A stretch of DNA of 64,000 nucleotides from Chloroflexota bacterium (GCA_965263175.1 OZ253587.1:136105-200104), one strand, 5' to 3'; positions 18,629 through 27,500 are shown, counted from the first letter of the stretch. Translations and numbers: made by a program. The notes: a model not told the origin generated them from the letters alone.

Positions 18629-18857
18629 CCTGTGGGAGAGCAACTGTGTGGCACGTCAAACGCCAATGGACCCTGCCGCTCTTTCTCCTTCTCCCTTGAG
18701 GGAGAAGGCTGGGATGAGGGTGGCTGCTGCCTCCAGCAACCACGCCAAATCGGCAGCAACCCGCCGCCCCTTCGCCGCCTCTTGCTCCCGCTCCCTGTGG
18801 GAGAGGGTTGGGGTGAGGGTCTTCCGGGCAACCCACACGGGGTTACGCAAAGGTCTC
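18629..18857. repeat. tandem MITE-core variants (a divergent core followed by a right-half MITE ending in GCAAAGGTCTC)
   Basis: CGCTCTTTCTCCTTCTCCCTTGAGGGAGAAGGCTGGGATGAGGG parallels the canonical core CGCTCTTGCTCCCTCTCCCTGTGGGAGAGGGTTGGGGTGAGGG. The canonical right end lies at 18776-18857. Confidence 0.55.
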
Positions 18858-18960
18858 TACAGGCGGCACGCCAATCAGCGGCTGGATTCTCACCCGCCCG
18901 GCTGTCGGCGTCGCGTTCAATCGCACTGGCGCGATAGGGCGCGCAGCTCCACCGAACCTG

Positions 18961-19068
18961 GCGCCACGGGCTGGATGCGCGGGATCGGACTTCGCAGGCT
19001 TAGCATTGGGCTGGATACTTGGCGTCGGTCTAACCTGGCTATACACCCACTACCTGGAGGGCCCGTGA
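18961..19068 (+). pseudogene. 3' remnant of a fourth paralogue of the 14213 membrane-protein family
   Basis: The frame-1 translation ...GLALGWILGVGLTWLYTHYLEGP* matches the conserved C-terminus ...GLILGVGLTWVYARYFEGL. The remnant lies just beyond the IS and MITE cluster. Confidence 0.5.
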
Positions 19069-20522
19069 GCACCAAGCCCTCGCCCCTGAACCGCCGCCAA
19101 GCCCTCGCGGCCGGCGCGGCCTCCCTGGGCGCTCTCGCCCTGGCCGCCTGCGGCGAGTCGCCAACCGAACGCGCCGCCGGTTCGCTGCCGCAAGGCCTCC
19201 AGGCGGAGTTGGCACGCAACCTGGAACGCGCCCGCGCCGAGGCCCGCACCGTCACCGAGGCCGCGCCGCGGGCCGCCGTCAATTTGCCCGCGCCGGGCGC
19301 AGGGCATCCGGTCACCGTGGCCATGTACCCCTCCAACCGGGTCGGCGGCAGCCTGTTCGGCCAGTTCGTCAACGGTCTGGCCGCGGCTCGCGAGCGCGCC
19401 GAGGAGCGCTACGCCTACACCGAGGCGCCCCTGGACTACGGGCGCAACGCCTCCTCCTTCAGCATCAGCACCTCCCTGGACGCCCTGGTGAACGTCAACC
19501 CGGACCTGGTCATCTTTTTCCGGGCCGACCAGGCCGACCTGCTGGCCAACGACCGACTGGCGCCGCTGGACGACTTCCTCGTGTCGGACCCGGACTTCAA
19601 CTCCGCCGACTTCTGGCCAGGCCTGCTGGAGACCGGCCGGCACGAAGGCGCGCAGTTCGGCCTACCGGTGGCTGTCTCGCCGCATGTGCTGTTGTTCAAC
19701 CGCTCGCTGGCGACCGAGCTACAGGTCGAACCGCCCGCCCCCGATCCGCTGGCCTTCGACGCCGAGGTCTTCCTGGATACCGTGCGCCGGCTGCACATGG
19801 AGCCGCCGCCCTCCGGCGGGTTGGGCAGCGTGGGCTACATATCGCGGTTCACGCCGGAACCGAATGCCGATGGCGACTACTCGGCTTCGCCATCGCCATT
19901 CGAACTGCTGCAGTCGGCTGTCGGAGACATTCGGGGACCCGGCAACGACTTCGCACCCCTCACCTCGCCGCCAGCCATAGCCGTCGCCGAGTTCCTGCGC
20001 GCCTGGGTGCACGACCATCGCTTGGCCATCACCGATGGCCGCACCACCCGCTCATATCAACGTACGGGCCAGTTCGGCTTCACGGGCACCATCCTGGCGT
20101 TTCTCCCGCCCACATGGCTTATCAGTGGCGGGCTGGACGTCTACCCCATGCCCAACATGGGCACCGGCCGCAACCCGGCCTTCGTCCACGCCATGATGGG
20201 CGTGCTGGCCAGCGCCAAGAACCCGGAACTCGCCTACGACGCCCTGCGCCACCTGGCGGCGGGCCTGCGCTCGAGTTCGATTCTGCCCGCAACCCGGATC
20301 TCAGCCGAAGGCGTGGCCGCGCGCGTCCCGGACCTGCCCCCCCAAGGCGCCAACCTAGTCGAGCAGCTGATGCCCAACGCCGTCTACTCCACCCTCAGCC
20401 GCCGCCAGGCCGGCCTCATCACCAACGGCATCGTCGGCGACATCGTCTTCGGCGACCAACACCCCCAAGAAGGCATGCAAGCCATCGCCAACCGCCTCCG
20501 CGCGGAGAACACTGACGCGTAG
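19066..20522 (+). CDS. extracellular solute-binding protein (ABC transporter substrate-binding, Tat/lipoprotein signal)
   Basis: GTG start. VSTKPSPLNRRQALAAGAASLGALALAACGE has a twin-arginine motif and a lipobox (LAAC). About 485 aa, with a periplasmic binding protein-like composition. Confidence 0.5.
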
Positions 20523-20559
20523 GAGTACGCCTCGGCTAGAATTCTATCGGCTGCCGGCT

Positions 20560-21357
20560 ATGTCGTACGACAGCTTTGTTGCGTCGAGAGAGGCTGACGT
20601 GGCGGACAACACCATCGCCCTCGAGTTGCACGGTTCCGACTTTGTCCTAGACGACTTGGGCACAGCGGTCGAGCACTTTCGGGGGCTCCTAAGCGACTTG
20701 GCGACCGAAGTGGCCGAGGGTGTCGTGGTTACCTGACGGCTTGGCCGTCTCGGGACCGGAAGCATCGTCGCCGAAGTTCGCTGCGAAGCCGAAGATCCCA
20801 CGGCGGTAGACCGGGTCATCGCCGCCTACGACTGCGTCGGCGCGGCCCTGGCCAATGGCGAGCCCATTCCTTATTCAGAGGCTATCGTGGCGCACACAGA
20901 CCGCCTGACCGGCCTGATTAACGGTCGAGTCACGTCGGTCCACTTCAGAACCAGGGGCCAGGTGCACGAGGTTCAACAGCCCGCGCCGAGCGCGCTCGCG
21001 GAACAAGACCCGCACCTGGACTCGTTCGGCGCGGTCGAAGGCATGGTCGACACGCTGGCTTGGCGCCGCGGGATTCGATTCGTTGTCTATACGGACGACG
21101 AAGCGCGTGGCGTTCCCTGTTACATGAGCCTCGAGGACGAGGCAAAGATGGCGGGGCTCTGGCGCAAGCGTGTGCGCGTCGAGGGACTGCTCCGGCGCGA
21201 TTCGAACACGGGCTTGCCCTTGTCCATTCGTGACGTGACCAACATTGAGGTCCTCGAACCGCCAGCCGCCGAGCCCGAGGACCTCTGGGGCATCCTGCCA
21301 ACCGTTGGCGACCGCAAGCCGGAGGAGATCATCCGAGCGGGGTGGGATGGCGTCTGA
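20560..21357 (+). pseudogene. upstream partner of the PIN toxin, 265 codons in one frame interrupted by a single in-frame TGA at 20734-20736. The track ORF 20887..21357 is the part after the stop.
   Basis: ATG at 20560, then the TGA, then the same frame continues into the conserved module DSFGAVEG...RKRVRVEGLLRRDS...EEIIRAGWDGV. The stop overlaps the PIN start (ATGGCGTCTGA). Confidence 0.4.
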
Positions 21358-21826
21358 CCGTCCACGGCTCTATTGGGACTCGTGTTGCTTCATCTCATAC
21401 CTCAACGGGGACGCCACACGTTCAGAACTGCGCACGCTCATGGCTGATGCCCAGGCCGGCGGCGTGCTGATCGTCACCTCGGCTATTTCGGTCGCGGAAG
21501 TGGCGTACGTTGCGCCGGAGTCGCCGGGCCGCCCGCTGGATCCAGATGTTGAGCGCCGGATCGAAGACATGTGGCGCTGGCGGCAGGCTATTCGGCTGGT
21601 CGAAGTCCAAGCCGGCCTCGCCGCACGTGCGCGAACCCTGCTTCGCCACGCGCTAACAAACGGCTGGGAACGGAACCCTCGCGATGCGATTAATCTCGCC
21701 TCGGCCCGGCAAGTGTCCGCATCGACGGTTCACACCTACGACGAGCGATGGGACCGTTACGCGCAGGTCATCGGCAGAAACATCGAGCGCCCAGATCTGC
21801 TATATGTGTCGCAGGCCGCGCCATAA
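21347..21826 (+). CDS. PIN domain protein (VapC-like toxin)
   Basis: MASDRPRLYWDSCCFISYLNGD... has the PIN acidic motif (D of LYWDS). Translationally coupled to the upstream gene by an 11-nt overlap. Confidence 0.6.
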   Translation: MASDRPRLYWDSCCFISYLNGDATRSELRTLMADAQAGGVLIVTSAISVAEVAYVAPESPGRPLDPDVERRIEDMWRWRQAIRLVEVQAGLAARARTLLRHALTNGWERNPRDAINLASARQVSASTVHTYDERWDRYAQVIGRNIERPDLLYVSQAAP

Positions 21827-21902
21827 CCGGCATCGGCCAACGTCTCGCAAGACGCCAAAGCGGCCTTGAAAAACTCGAGGAAACCCGCATCCGTTCGTCA
21901 CC

Positions 21903-21940
21903 AAACCGCCGATAACGCAGCCACACACCAACTGCACGCC
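21903..21940. repeat. 36-bp repeat B (AACCGCCGATAAYGCAGCCAYACACCRACTGCACG), second copy at 30538-30575
   Basis: A near-identical string is found directly upstream of the pepF start and here upstream of the MITE and IS cluster. Confidence 0.45.
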
Positions 21941-21999
21941 CGCCACCCGGCTGTCGGCCTGGGGCGTGGCCACCCGCGCCCCGGACCTGCCCCCGAGAA

Positions 22000-22033
22000 G
22001 AGACCTTTGCACAACGCCCTTCGTCCGCGAAGG
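22000..22033. mobile_element. MITE left part, split by the IS1595-family insertion. The right part is at 24817-24914.
   Basis: GAGACCTTTGCACAACGCCCTTCGTCCGCGAAGG followed by the IS inverted repeat. The MITE resumes at ...CCGCGAAGGTGCGGCCC at 24817. Confidence 0.65.
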
Positions 22034-22061
22034 GGCTTATAGCGATAGCTAGCCAAACCGT

Positions 22062-22226
22062 CTAATCCGCGCGGGCCGCATCGCGCCGCGCCTGGGCCTC
22101 GCGCTCGAAGTCCCATTCGGCTTTCGGCGGCCCCTGCATAATGGCGCGCGCGATATTCTCCGGCGTGTCGGGGATTGGTTCGGGCAGCGGCTTGGGCGGG
22201 CGGCCGCGCGTGCGCTTCTTCGTCAT
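22062..22226 (-). CDS. small basic protein (54 aa) with an AT-hook-like RGRPPK motif, translationally coupled (ATGA overlap) to the methyltransferase
   Basis: MTKKRTRGRPPKPLPEPIPDTPENIARAIMQGPPKAEWDFEREAQARRDAARAD. The ATG overlaps the methyltransferase TGA. Not present in the ORF track because it is shorter than 60 aa. Confidence 0.35.
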   Translation of the reverse strand: MTKKRTRGRPPKPLPEPIPDTPENIARAIMQGPPKAEWDFEREAQARRDAARAD

Positions 22227-23782
22227 ACGAGCCTCATTTGCATCGGCTTGCCGGTGTACGGGTCGGCCATCAACGGCAAGACGGGCGGGAGCTGGTTGAA
22301 GTAGTCGGCCATGGACCAGCGTTGCATCCGCGGGTAGGCCATGCCGCCGACCTGAATCGTGCCCATGCCGGCCGTCTCGGTTCGCGCGGCGTGCGTGTCT
22401 ACGCGATCCACGGTGAGATAGCAGCCGAGGGCCGCGCGGTCACGGGCGATGACGTGGTTGAAGTCGCGCAAGTTGCCGAGGCTGAACGCGCCGCCCTTGA
22501 CTTGAGCGAGCGCGAGCCGCGTCACGTCGGCCTCGGGTTGCTCCCAGACCGTGCCCCGGCCGTCCACGCCACCATCCGCCACCTGCTTCGTATTGGGCAC
22601 AAAGCCATTAAGCCGGGTGACCGCGCAGGTCTCGAACGCGAACGGACGTTCGGCGGCCAGCTTGGATGCGCCCGCCAGGTCGTAGGGGATGCCGTAGGCG
22701 GGAATGCTTGGGTCTTGGAGCCGCCGGTCGCGGATCACGTCAATGGCAAAGGGCGAGATATCGACGCCAAGCCACGGGCGGCCCAACTTGTGCGCAGCCT
22801 CGACGGTCGTGCCGCAGCCGCAGAACGGGTCAAGCACAACGCCATCCCTTGGGCTGGACGCGGCGATCACACGCTCAAGCAATGCACGCGGTTTCTGGGT
22901 CGCGTAGCCGAGGCGCTCTTTTCCAAGAGCCACCGGGATGTCACTCCATAGATTGCTCACCGCCACGCCGTCCCATTCGTCACGGTACTGCTTGCGAAAC
23001 GGCTTGTTATTGGCGTTGTAGTGGATGCGGTTTTCGGCATGCAGGCGCTTGAGGTTGGCTCGACTGACACGCCAGCCGTGCGGCGGGTTGTGCCCGTTCC
23101 ATTCGTATTTCGGTGAGGCATGGAGACCTGCATCGCTGTACAGGTCAGCCACGGCTCGATAGACCCCTTGCTCATCGCGATGCTTGAACGGTCGCATGCC
23201 AGGCGTCTCTTTACGGACGCGCGGGATGGTCACGACGTGCTGCGGCTTGGCGTAAAACAAGACGAGGTCGGTCACCGTCCCGAACGTCCTGGTCGGACCA
23301 CGTGTGCCCTTGACGCCTGACCGCTCCCAAACGATCTGATTCCTGAAGTTCGCAGCACCGAAAATGCCATCAAGCAGGATTTTCAAGTAATGGCCTGCGG
23401 TCGGGTCACAGTGCAAGTAGAGGCCGCCCGTCGTCTTCAGCAGCCGATGGCAGTGTTCGAGCCGTTCGGCCATGTAGGTCAGGTAGCTGAGCATCCCCGA
23501 CGGCCCCAGGATGCTGTACAGGCCGACGATGGCGGCGTGCGCGGGCCGTGCGATGGCTGAACGGTAGGCGTCCATGCGTTCGGCCGCGTCCGCGTCCCAG
23601 TGCCACGTATCGGTGAAGGCGCGGTATTGCGCGCCGCCGACCGTCTTGCCAAACAGCACGTTGTAGTTCGATTGCGAGTTGAACGGCGGGTCGAGGTACA
23701 CGAGGTCCACGGTCTGATCGTCCCACTCGCGCATCCATTCCAGGCAATCGCCGTAGTACAGCGCGTTCAGCGTGGGGTGCAT
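22223..23782 (-). CDS. beta-class N6-adenine/N4-cytosine DNA methyltransferase (N6_N4_Mtase) with a C-terminal Mrr-like (PD-(D/E)xK) nuclease-type domain
   Basis: Motif IV VYLDPPFNS near the N-terminus, then motif I VLDPFCGCGTT. The C-terminus has ADGGVDGRG...(23 aa)...LAQVKGG, resembling the Mrr_cat DGGxDG...QxK signature. Confidence 0.6.
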   Translation of the reverse strand: MHPTLNALYYGDCLEWMREWDDQTVDLVYLDPPFNSQSNYNVLFGKTVGGAQYRAFTDTWHWDADAAERMDAYRSAIARPAHAAIVGLYSILGPSGMLSYLTYMAERLEHCHRLLKTTGGLYLHCDPTAGHYLKILLDGIFGAANFRNQIVWERSGVKGTRGPTRTFGTVTDLVLFYAKPQHVVTIPRVRKETPGMRPFKHRDEQGVYRAVADLYSDAGLHASPKYEWNGHNPPHGWRVSRANLKRLHAENRIHYNANNKPFRKQYRDEWDGVAVSNLWSDIPVALGKERLGYATQKPRALLERVIAASSPRDGVVLDPFCGCGTTVEAAHKLGRPWLGVDISPFAIDVIRDRRLQDPSIPAYGIPYDLAGASKLAAERPFAFETCAVTRLNGFVPNTKQVADGGVDGRGTVWEQPEADVTRLALAQVKGGAFSLGNLRDFNHVIARDRAALGCYLTVDRVDTHAARTETAGMGTIQVGGMAYPRMQRWSMADYFNQLPPVLPLMADPYTGKPMQMRLV

Positions 23783-23785
23783 GGC

Positions 23786-24730
23786 CTAGGCGATGAGGCT
23801 CGCGCCGGTGAGTTGCTTGCCCTCGAATCCCCGCACCATCGCGGTCATCTGATCGATGGTGTCGAGGCTGCGCTGGTTGTAGCGGCCCTCGAACTCGCGC
23901 ACGTAGCGATGCAAGTGCTTCGGACTCATCTTGTGGTACACGCCGTTGTGACCGCGCTTCAACAGGCTCCAGAAGCTTTCCAGGCCGTTCGTGTGGGCCT
24001 GATCGTTCACCCACTGGTGCGTGCCATGCCGGACGGTTTCGTGATAGGGCAGGCCGCGATAGGCCAGCGCTTCGTCCGTATAGACCAACGCGCCGGGGTG
24101 CGTCCGCTCGCGCACGAACGTCCGCAACGTGGGGCCGGTGGTGTTCGGTACCACGTCGGCGCTCACGCGGCCTGTGGCGCGGTCCCTGACGCCAGCGACC
24201 GGCGTCTTGCCCACGGTGCCGCCACCGGCGTAGAGCTTCTTGTCGGCGTGCTTGTTCTTCTCCAAGCCGCCCACGTACGTTTCGTCGGCTTCGACCGGGC
24301 CGGTGAACGCGGGGTTTTCGTCGCGCCAGGTCTCGCGGATGCGGTGCGCGAGACGCCAGGCCGACGTGTAGGCGATGCCGAGGTCGCGATGCAGCTTCAT
24401 GGCCGCCGTGCCCTTGATGCCGGTGGACATCAAGTAGACCGCGATGGCCCAGACCTGGTAGTCGAGATTCGAGTTGGCCATGAGCGTGTCGGTCTTGACC
24501 GAGAAGTGCTTGCGGCAGGTGCGGCAGCGAAACGGCTGTGGCTTGCGGGATTTGACATCGGCCACGTTCTCCGACTCGCAGCGGGGGCAGCGTACGCCAT
24601 CGGGCCATCGGGTCTCAACGAACCAGACTTCGGCGGCGTCATTGTCCGGGAACATCCGCGTCACGTCCAAGAGGGACAGACCCTTGCGCTCGGCTCGTCC
24701 CGGCCCCTTGCGGCTCATGTTGCGGCTCAT
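23786..24730 (-). CDS. IS1595 family (ISXO2-like) transposase
   Basis: N-terminal zinc ribbon CPRCESENV...RCRTCRKHF, then the VEADETYVGG...KNKHADKKL hallmark of DDE_Tnp_IS1595. Confidence 0.75.
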   Translation of the reverse strand: MSRNMSRKGPGRAERKGLSLLDVTRMFPDNDAAEVWFVETRWPDGVRCPRCESENVADVKSRKPQPFRCRTCRKHFSVKTDTLMANSNLDYQVWAIAVYLMSTGIKGTAAMKLHRDLGIAYTSAWRLAHRIRETWRDENPAFTGPVEADETYVGGLEKNKHADKKLYAGGGTVGKTPVAGVRDRATGRVSADVVPNTTGPTLRTFVRERTHPGALVYTDEALAYRGLPYHETVRHGTHQWVNDQAHTNGLESFWSLLKRGHNGVYHKMSPKHLHRYVREFEGRYNQRSLDTIDQMTAMVRGFEGKQLTGASLIA

Positions 24731-24816
24731 CGCTCACCCCTTCGAATTGATACACAATTCTAGCCACCACTCGAAGGGATGTCAAGGCTTTTGGCTAGCA
24801 TTCGCTATAAGCCCCT

Positions 24817-24914
24817 CCGCGAAGGTGCGGCCCGCTCTTGCTCCCTCTCCCTGTGGGAGAGGGTTGGGGTGAGGGTCTTCCGGGCAACAGTCCCTCGGGT
24901 TACGCAAAGGTCTC
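24817..24914. mobile_element. MITE right part (continuation of the 22000-22033 fragment)
   Basis: ...GCGAAGGTGCGGCCCGCTCTTGCTCCCTCTCCCTGTGGGAGAGGGTTGGGGTGAGGGTCTTCC...GCAAAGGTCTC. Confidence 0.65.
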
Positions 24915-25028
24915 TACCTAGCGGCAGATTCCATGCCCAAGTCTGGTAGAGTTCTATTCTGTCCACGCAAATTGCCAGCCAACCATTGGCATCGCAGCCC
25001 GGCGGCAGCGACGGAGGAACGAGGAATA

Positions 25029-26954
25029 GTGTCAACATTTAAAGCGAATGCGTTCCTACTCAAGAATATTCTTGACAATGTTGCCAACGGTAGCATCCAA
25101 CTCCCCGACTTCCAGCGCGGCTGGGTGTGGGACGACGACCGAATAAAGGACCTGCTGGTCAGCATTTCGCGCGGCTTCCCTATCGGTGCCGTGATGACTC
25201 TCGATGCCGGTGGGGACTTGCGGTTTCGAAGCCGCTTAGTCGAGGGCGTGGATTCGAATGGCGACGATCAAGCATCCGAATACCTGCTGGATGGCCAACA
25301 GCGTCTTACGTCGCTGTACCAGGCGCTGCGGTATGAAGGGCCGGTAGAAACCCGCCACCGACCTGGTGGAAGATGGGTCATCAAGCGATGGTATTACATC
25401 GATATGCAAAAGATTCTGAATCCCCTGATCGATCTGGAGGACACCGTCGTTAGCGTTCCTGAAGACCGAGTTGTCAGGTCAAATTTCGGCCGTGATATCA
25501 CTTTGGATCTGTCCTCGTCTGACTTCGAATTCAAGCATCATATGCTGCCCACCGAGAAAGTCATGAATATCATGGATTGGATGCTTGGATACCTTGGTTA
25601 TTGGAAGGATCGCGGCGAGCATCCGGAGGGTGACCCGGTTGCTTTCTTCACCCAGTTCAAGGCTGCCGTGCTGGACAACTTCACCGACTACCAGTTGCCG
25701 GTCATCAGCCTTGGAAAAGGGACGTCCAAGGAGGCTGTTTGCACGGTCTTCGAAAAGGTCAACACCGGCGGCGTAACTTTGAATGTGTTCGAGTTGGTGA
25801 CCGCCGCCTTCGCTGCGGAAGTGGGCGAGGACGATTTCTCGCTGCGGGACGACTGGGAAGCGCGAAGCAGGCGGCTACACTCGGAATTCGGCGTGCTTCA
25901 AGGCGTCGGCGCTGATCAATTCCTGCAAACGGTGACACTGCTGGCGACCCAAGCACGGCGCAGGCGAGCTACTTCTGAGACTCCGTCGAGTCAACTTCCC
26001 GGTATCGGCTGTAGGCGAGCAGACATCCTCAACCTGACGTTCAGCGACTACCAGACATGGGCCGACCGAGTGGAAGAGGGATTCAGGGTCGCCGCAAAGT
26101 ACCTGCGCGGCCAATTCGTTTTCACCAGGTACAACGTGCCTTACAACACCCAACTGGTTCCCCTGGCAGCGTTGTACGTTGAGTTGGGCAAGGAGTTGGC
26201 GCCCGCCAACGCGCAGGATAAGCTGAACCGCTGGTTCTGGTGCGGCATCTTCAGCGAAGCCTATGGCGGCGGCGGTGAGACTCAGTTTGCTCGTGACCTC
26301 GAACAGGTTGCCAACTACATCCGAGGCGGCGCCGAACCGGAACTTGTTAGCCAGGCGAGCTTTGTTCCCGAGCGGCTGTTGTCGTTGAGAACACGCAACA
26401 GCTCTGCCTACAAGGGTCTGTACGCGCTGCAAATGAAAAGCAACGCGGCTGACTGGCGCAGCGATGGACCCTTGACCTTCGCCACCATCCATGACGAGAA
26501 CATCGATATCCACCATATTTTCCCGGTCGCCTGGTGCAGGCATGCCGATCCGGAGGTGCCAAGACACCTGTACGACTCGGTAATCAACAAGACGCCGATT
26601 GACGCGCAGACGAACCGAATCATCGGTGGTAAGGCGCCGTCCATCTACTTACCCCGCTTGCGCCGTCGTGATATCGGCGAAGAAAAATTGAATCGAATTC
26701 TTGAATCGCATTGGATCGATCCCAAGCTGCTTGAGAGTGATCTTTTTGGCGACTGCTTCGTCGAGCGCGGTCAAGCAATGCTCGACTTGATCAACCGCAC
26801 GATGGGTAAGCCAGCCGTCGATGGGCGTCAGGTCTTTCGCGATGCGCTGGACTCCGCCGGTCTGGCTGAGCAGGACAGCGATGACGAGGTTGAGTACGAT
26901 CCCATCGGCGACAGCGCCTTTGGCGACGAGACACTGGGCGGCGACAATTCATAA
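25029..26954 (+). CDS. GmrSD-like type IV restriction endonuclease candidate (N-terminal DUF262, C-terminal DUF1524/HNH-like)
   Basis: N-terminus LPDFQRGWVWDDDRIKDLLVSI...DGQQRLTSLY (DUF262 DGQQR motif). C-terminus DIHHIFPVAW (DUF1524 His-Me finger). GTG at 25029 with a GGAGGAA RBS. The upstream ATG at 24933 is an alternative start. Confidence 0.65.
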   Translation: MSTFKANAFLLKNILDNVANGSIQLPDFQRGWVWDDDRIKDLLVSISRGFPIGAVMTLDAGGDLRFRSRLVEGVDSNGDDQASEYLLDGQQRLTSLYQALRYEGPVETRHRPGGRWVIKRWYYIDMQKILNPLIDLEDTVVSVPEDRVVRSNFGRDITLDLSSSDFEFKHHMLPTEKVMNIMDWMLGYLGYWKDRGEHPEGDPVAFFTQFKAAVLDNFTDYQLPVISLGKGTSKEAVCTVFEKVNTGGVTLNVFELVTAAFAAEVGEDDFSLRDDWEARSRRLHSEFGVLQGVGADQFLQTVTLLATQARRRRATSETPSSQLPGIGCRRADILNLTFSDYQTWADRVEEGFRVAAKYLRGQFVFTRYNVPYNTQLVPLAALYVELGKELAPANAQDKLNRWFWCGIFSEAYGGGGETQFARDLEQVANYIRGGAEPELVSQASFVPERLLSLRTRNSSAYKGLYALQMKSNAADWRSDGPLTFATIHDENIDIHHIFPVAWCRHADPEVPRHLYDSVINKTPIDAQTNRIIGGKAPSIYLPRLRRRDIGEEKLNRILESHWIDPKLLESDLFGDCFVERGQAMLDLINRTMGKPAVDGRQVFRDALDSAGLAEQDSDDEVEYDPIGDSAFGDETLGGDNS

Positions 26955-26959
26955 ACGTC

Positions 26960-27500
26960 TGAGAAAGCTCTGATTTAATCGCCGAGCGGTGACGGTCTAT
27001 GCTCACGCGTCACGGCTGCGTGGGGATGGGCGCGTTGCTGCCGTGGCCGCAACTGGAGCAGCGCATCCAGCCGGTCTATCCGACCAGCCAGCGCGGTCGG
27101 CCCCCTATCCGCTGGCCGCGATGCTGCGGATTCACTGCGTGCAACTGTTCGACAACCTCAGCGACCCGGCGATGGAGGACGCACTCTATGATATTGCGTC
27201 CATCCAGCGGTTGGTGGGGCTGGCGGCGCGGGCTGCCTGGGCGTGGACCGGCGGCCCGAGCATCAGGGCCGGGCGATCGACTGGCAGGTGGCCCAGCGGC
27301 CCGGGCAACGGTGGCGCTTGGCCCCGGGCGGCGAAGCCGCGCGAGCCGAGCGGCGCAAGGCGTCGATCCGAGCGAAGGTGGAGCATCCCTTTCGGTATGT
27401 GAAACGGCAGTTCGGCTACGCGTGGGTGCGGTATCGAGGCTTAGCCAAGAACCGGACTCGGCTCTGCCTGCTGTTTGGGCTAGCGAATCGCTAATCGCCG
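26960..27500 (+). pseudogene. internally deleted IS5-family transposase remnant (N- and C-terminal pieces in different frames)
   Basis: [36 protein letters not shown] (InsH N-terminus) and [39 protein letters not shown] (IS5 C-terminus). The DDE core is missing. Flanked by 14-bp direct repeats TAATCGCCGAGCGG at 26976 and 27492. Confidence 0.6.

Larger units (their letters stand above)
22034..24816. mobile_element. IS1595-family element (about 2.8 kb) carrying passenger genes, nested inside a MITE
   Basis: TIRs GGGCTTATAGCGATAGCTAGCC / GGCTAGCATTCGCTATAAGCCC. An 8-bp direct repeat CCGCGAAG flanks the element, as expected for IS1595-family target duplication. Contains a transposase, a methyltransferase and a small ORF, all on the minus strand. 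Confidence 0.65.
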
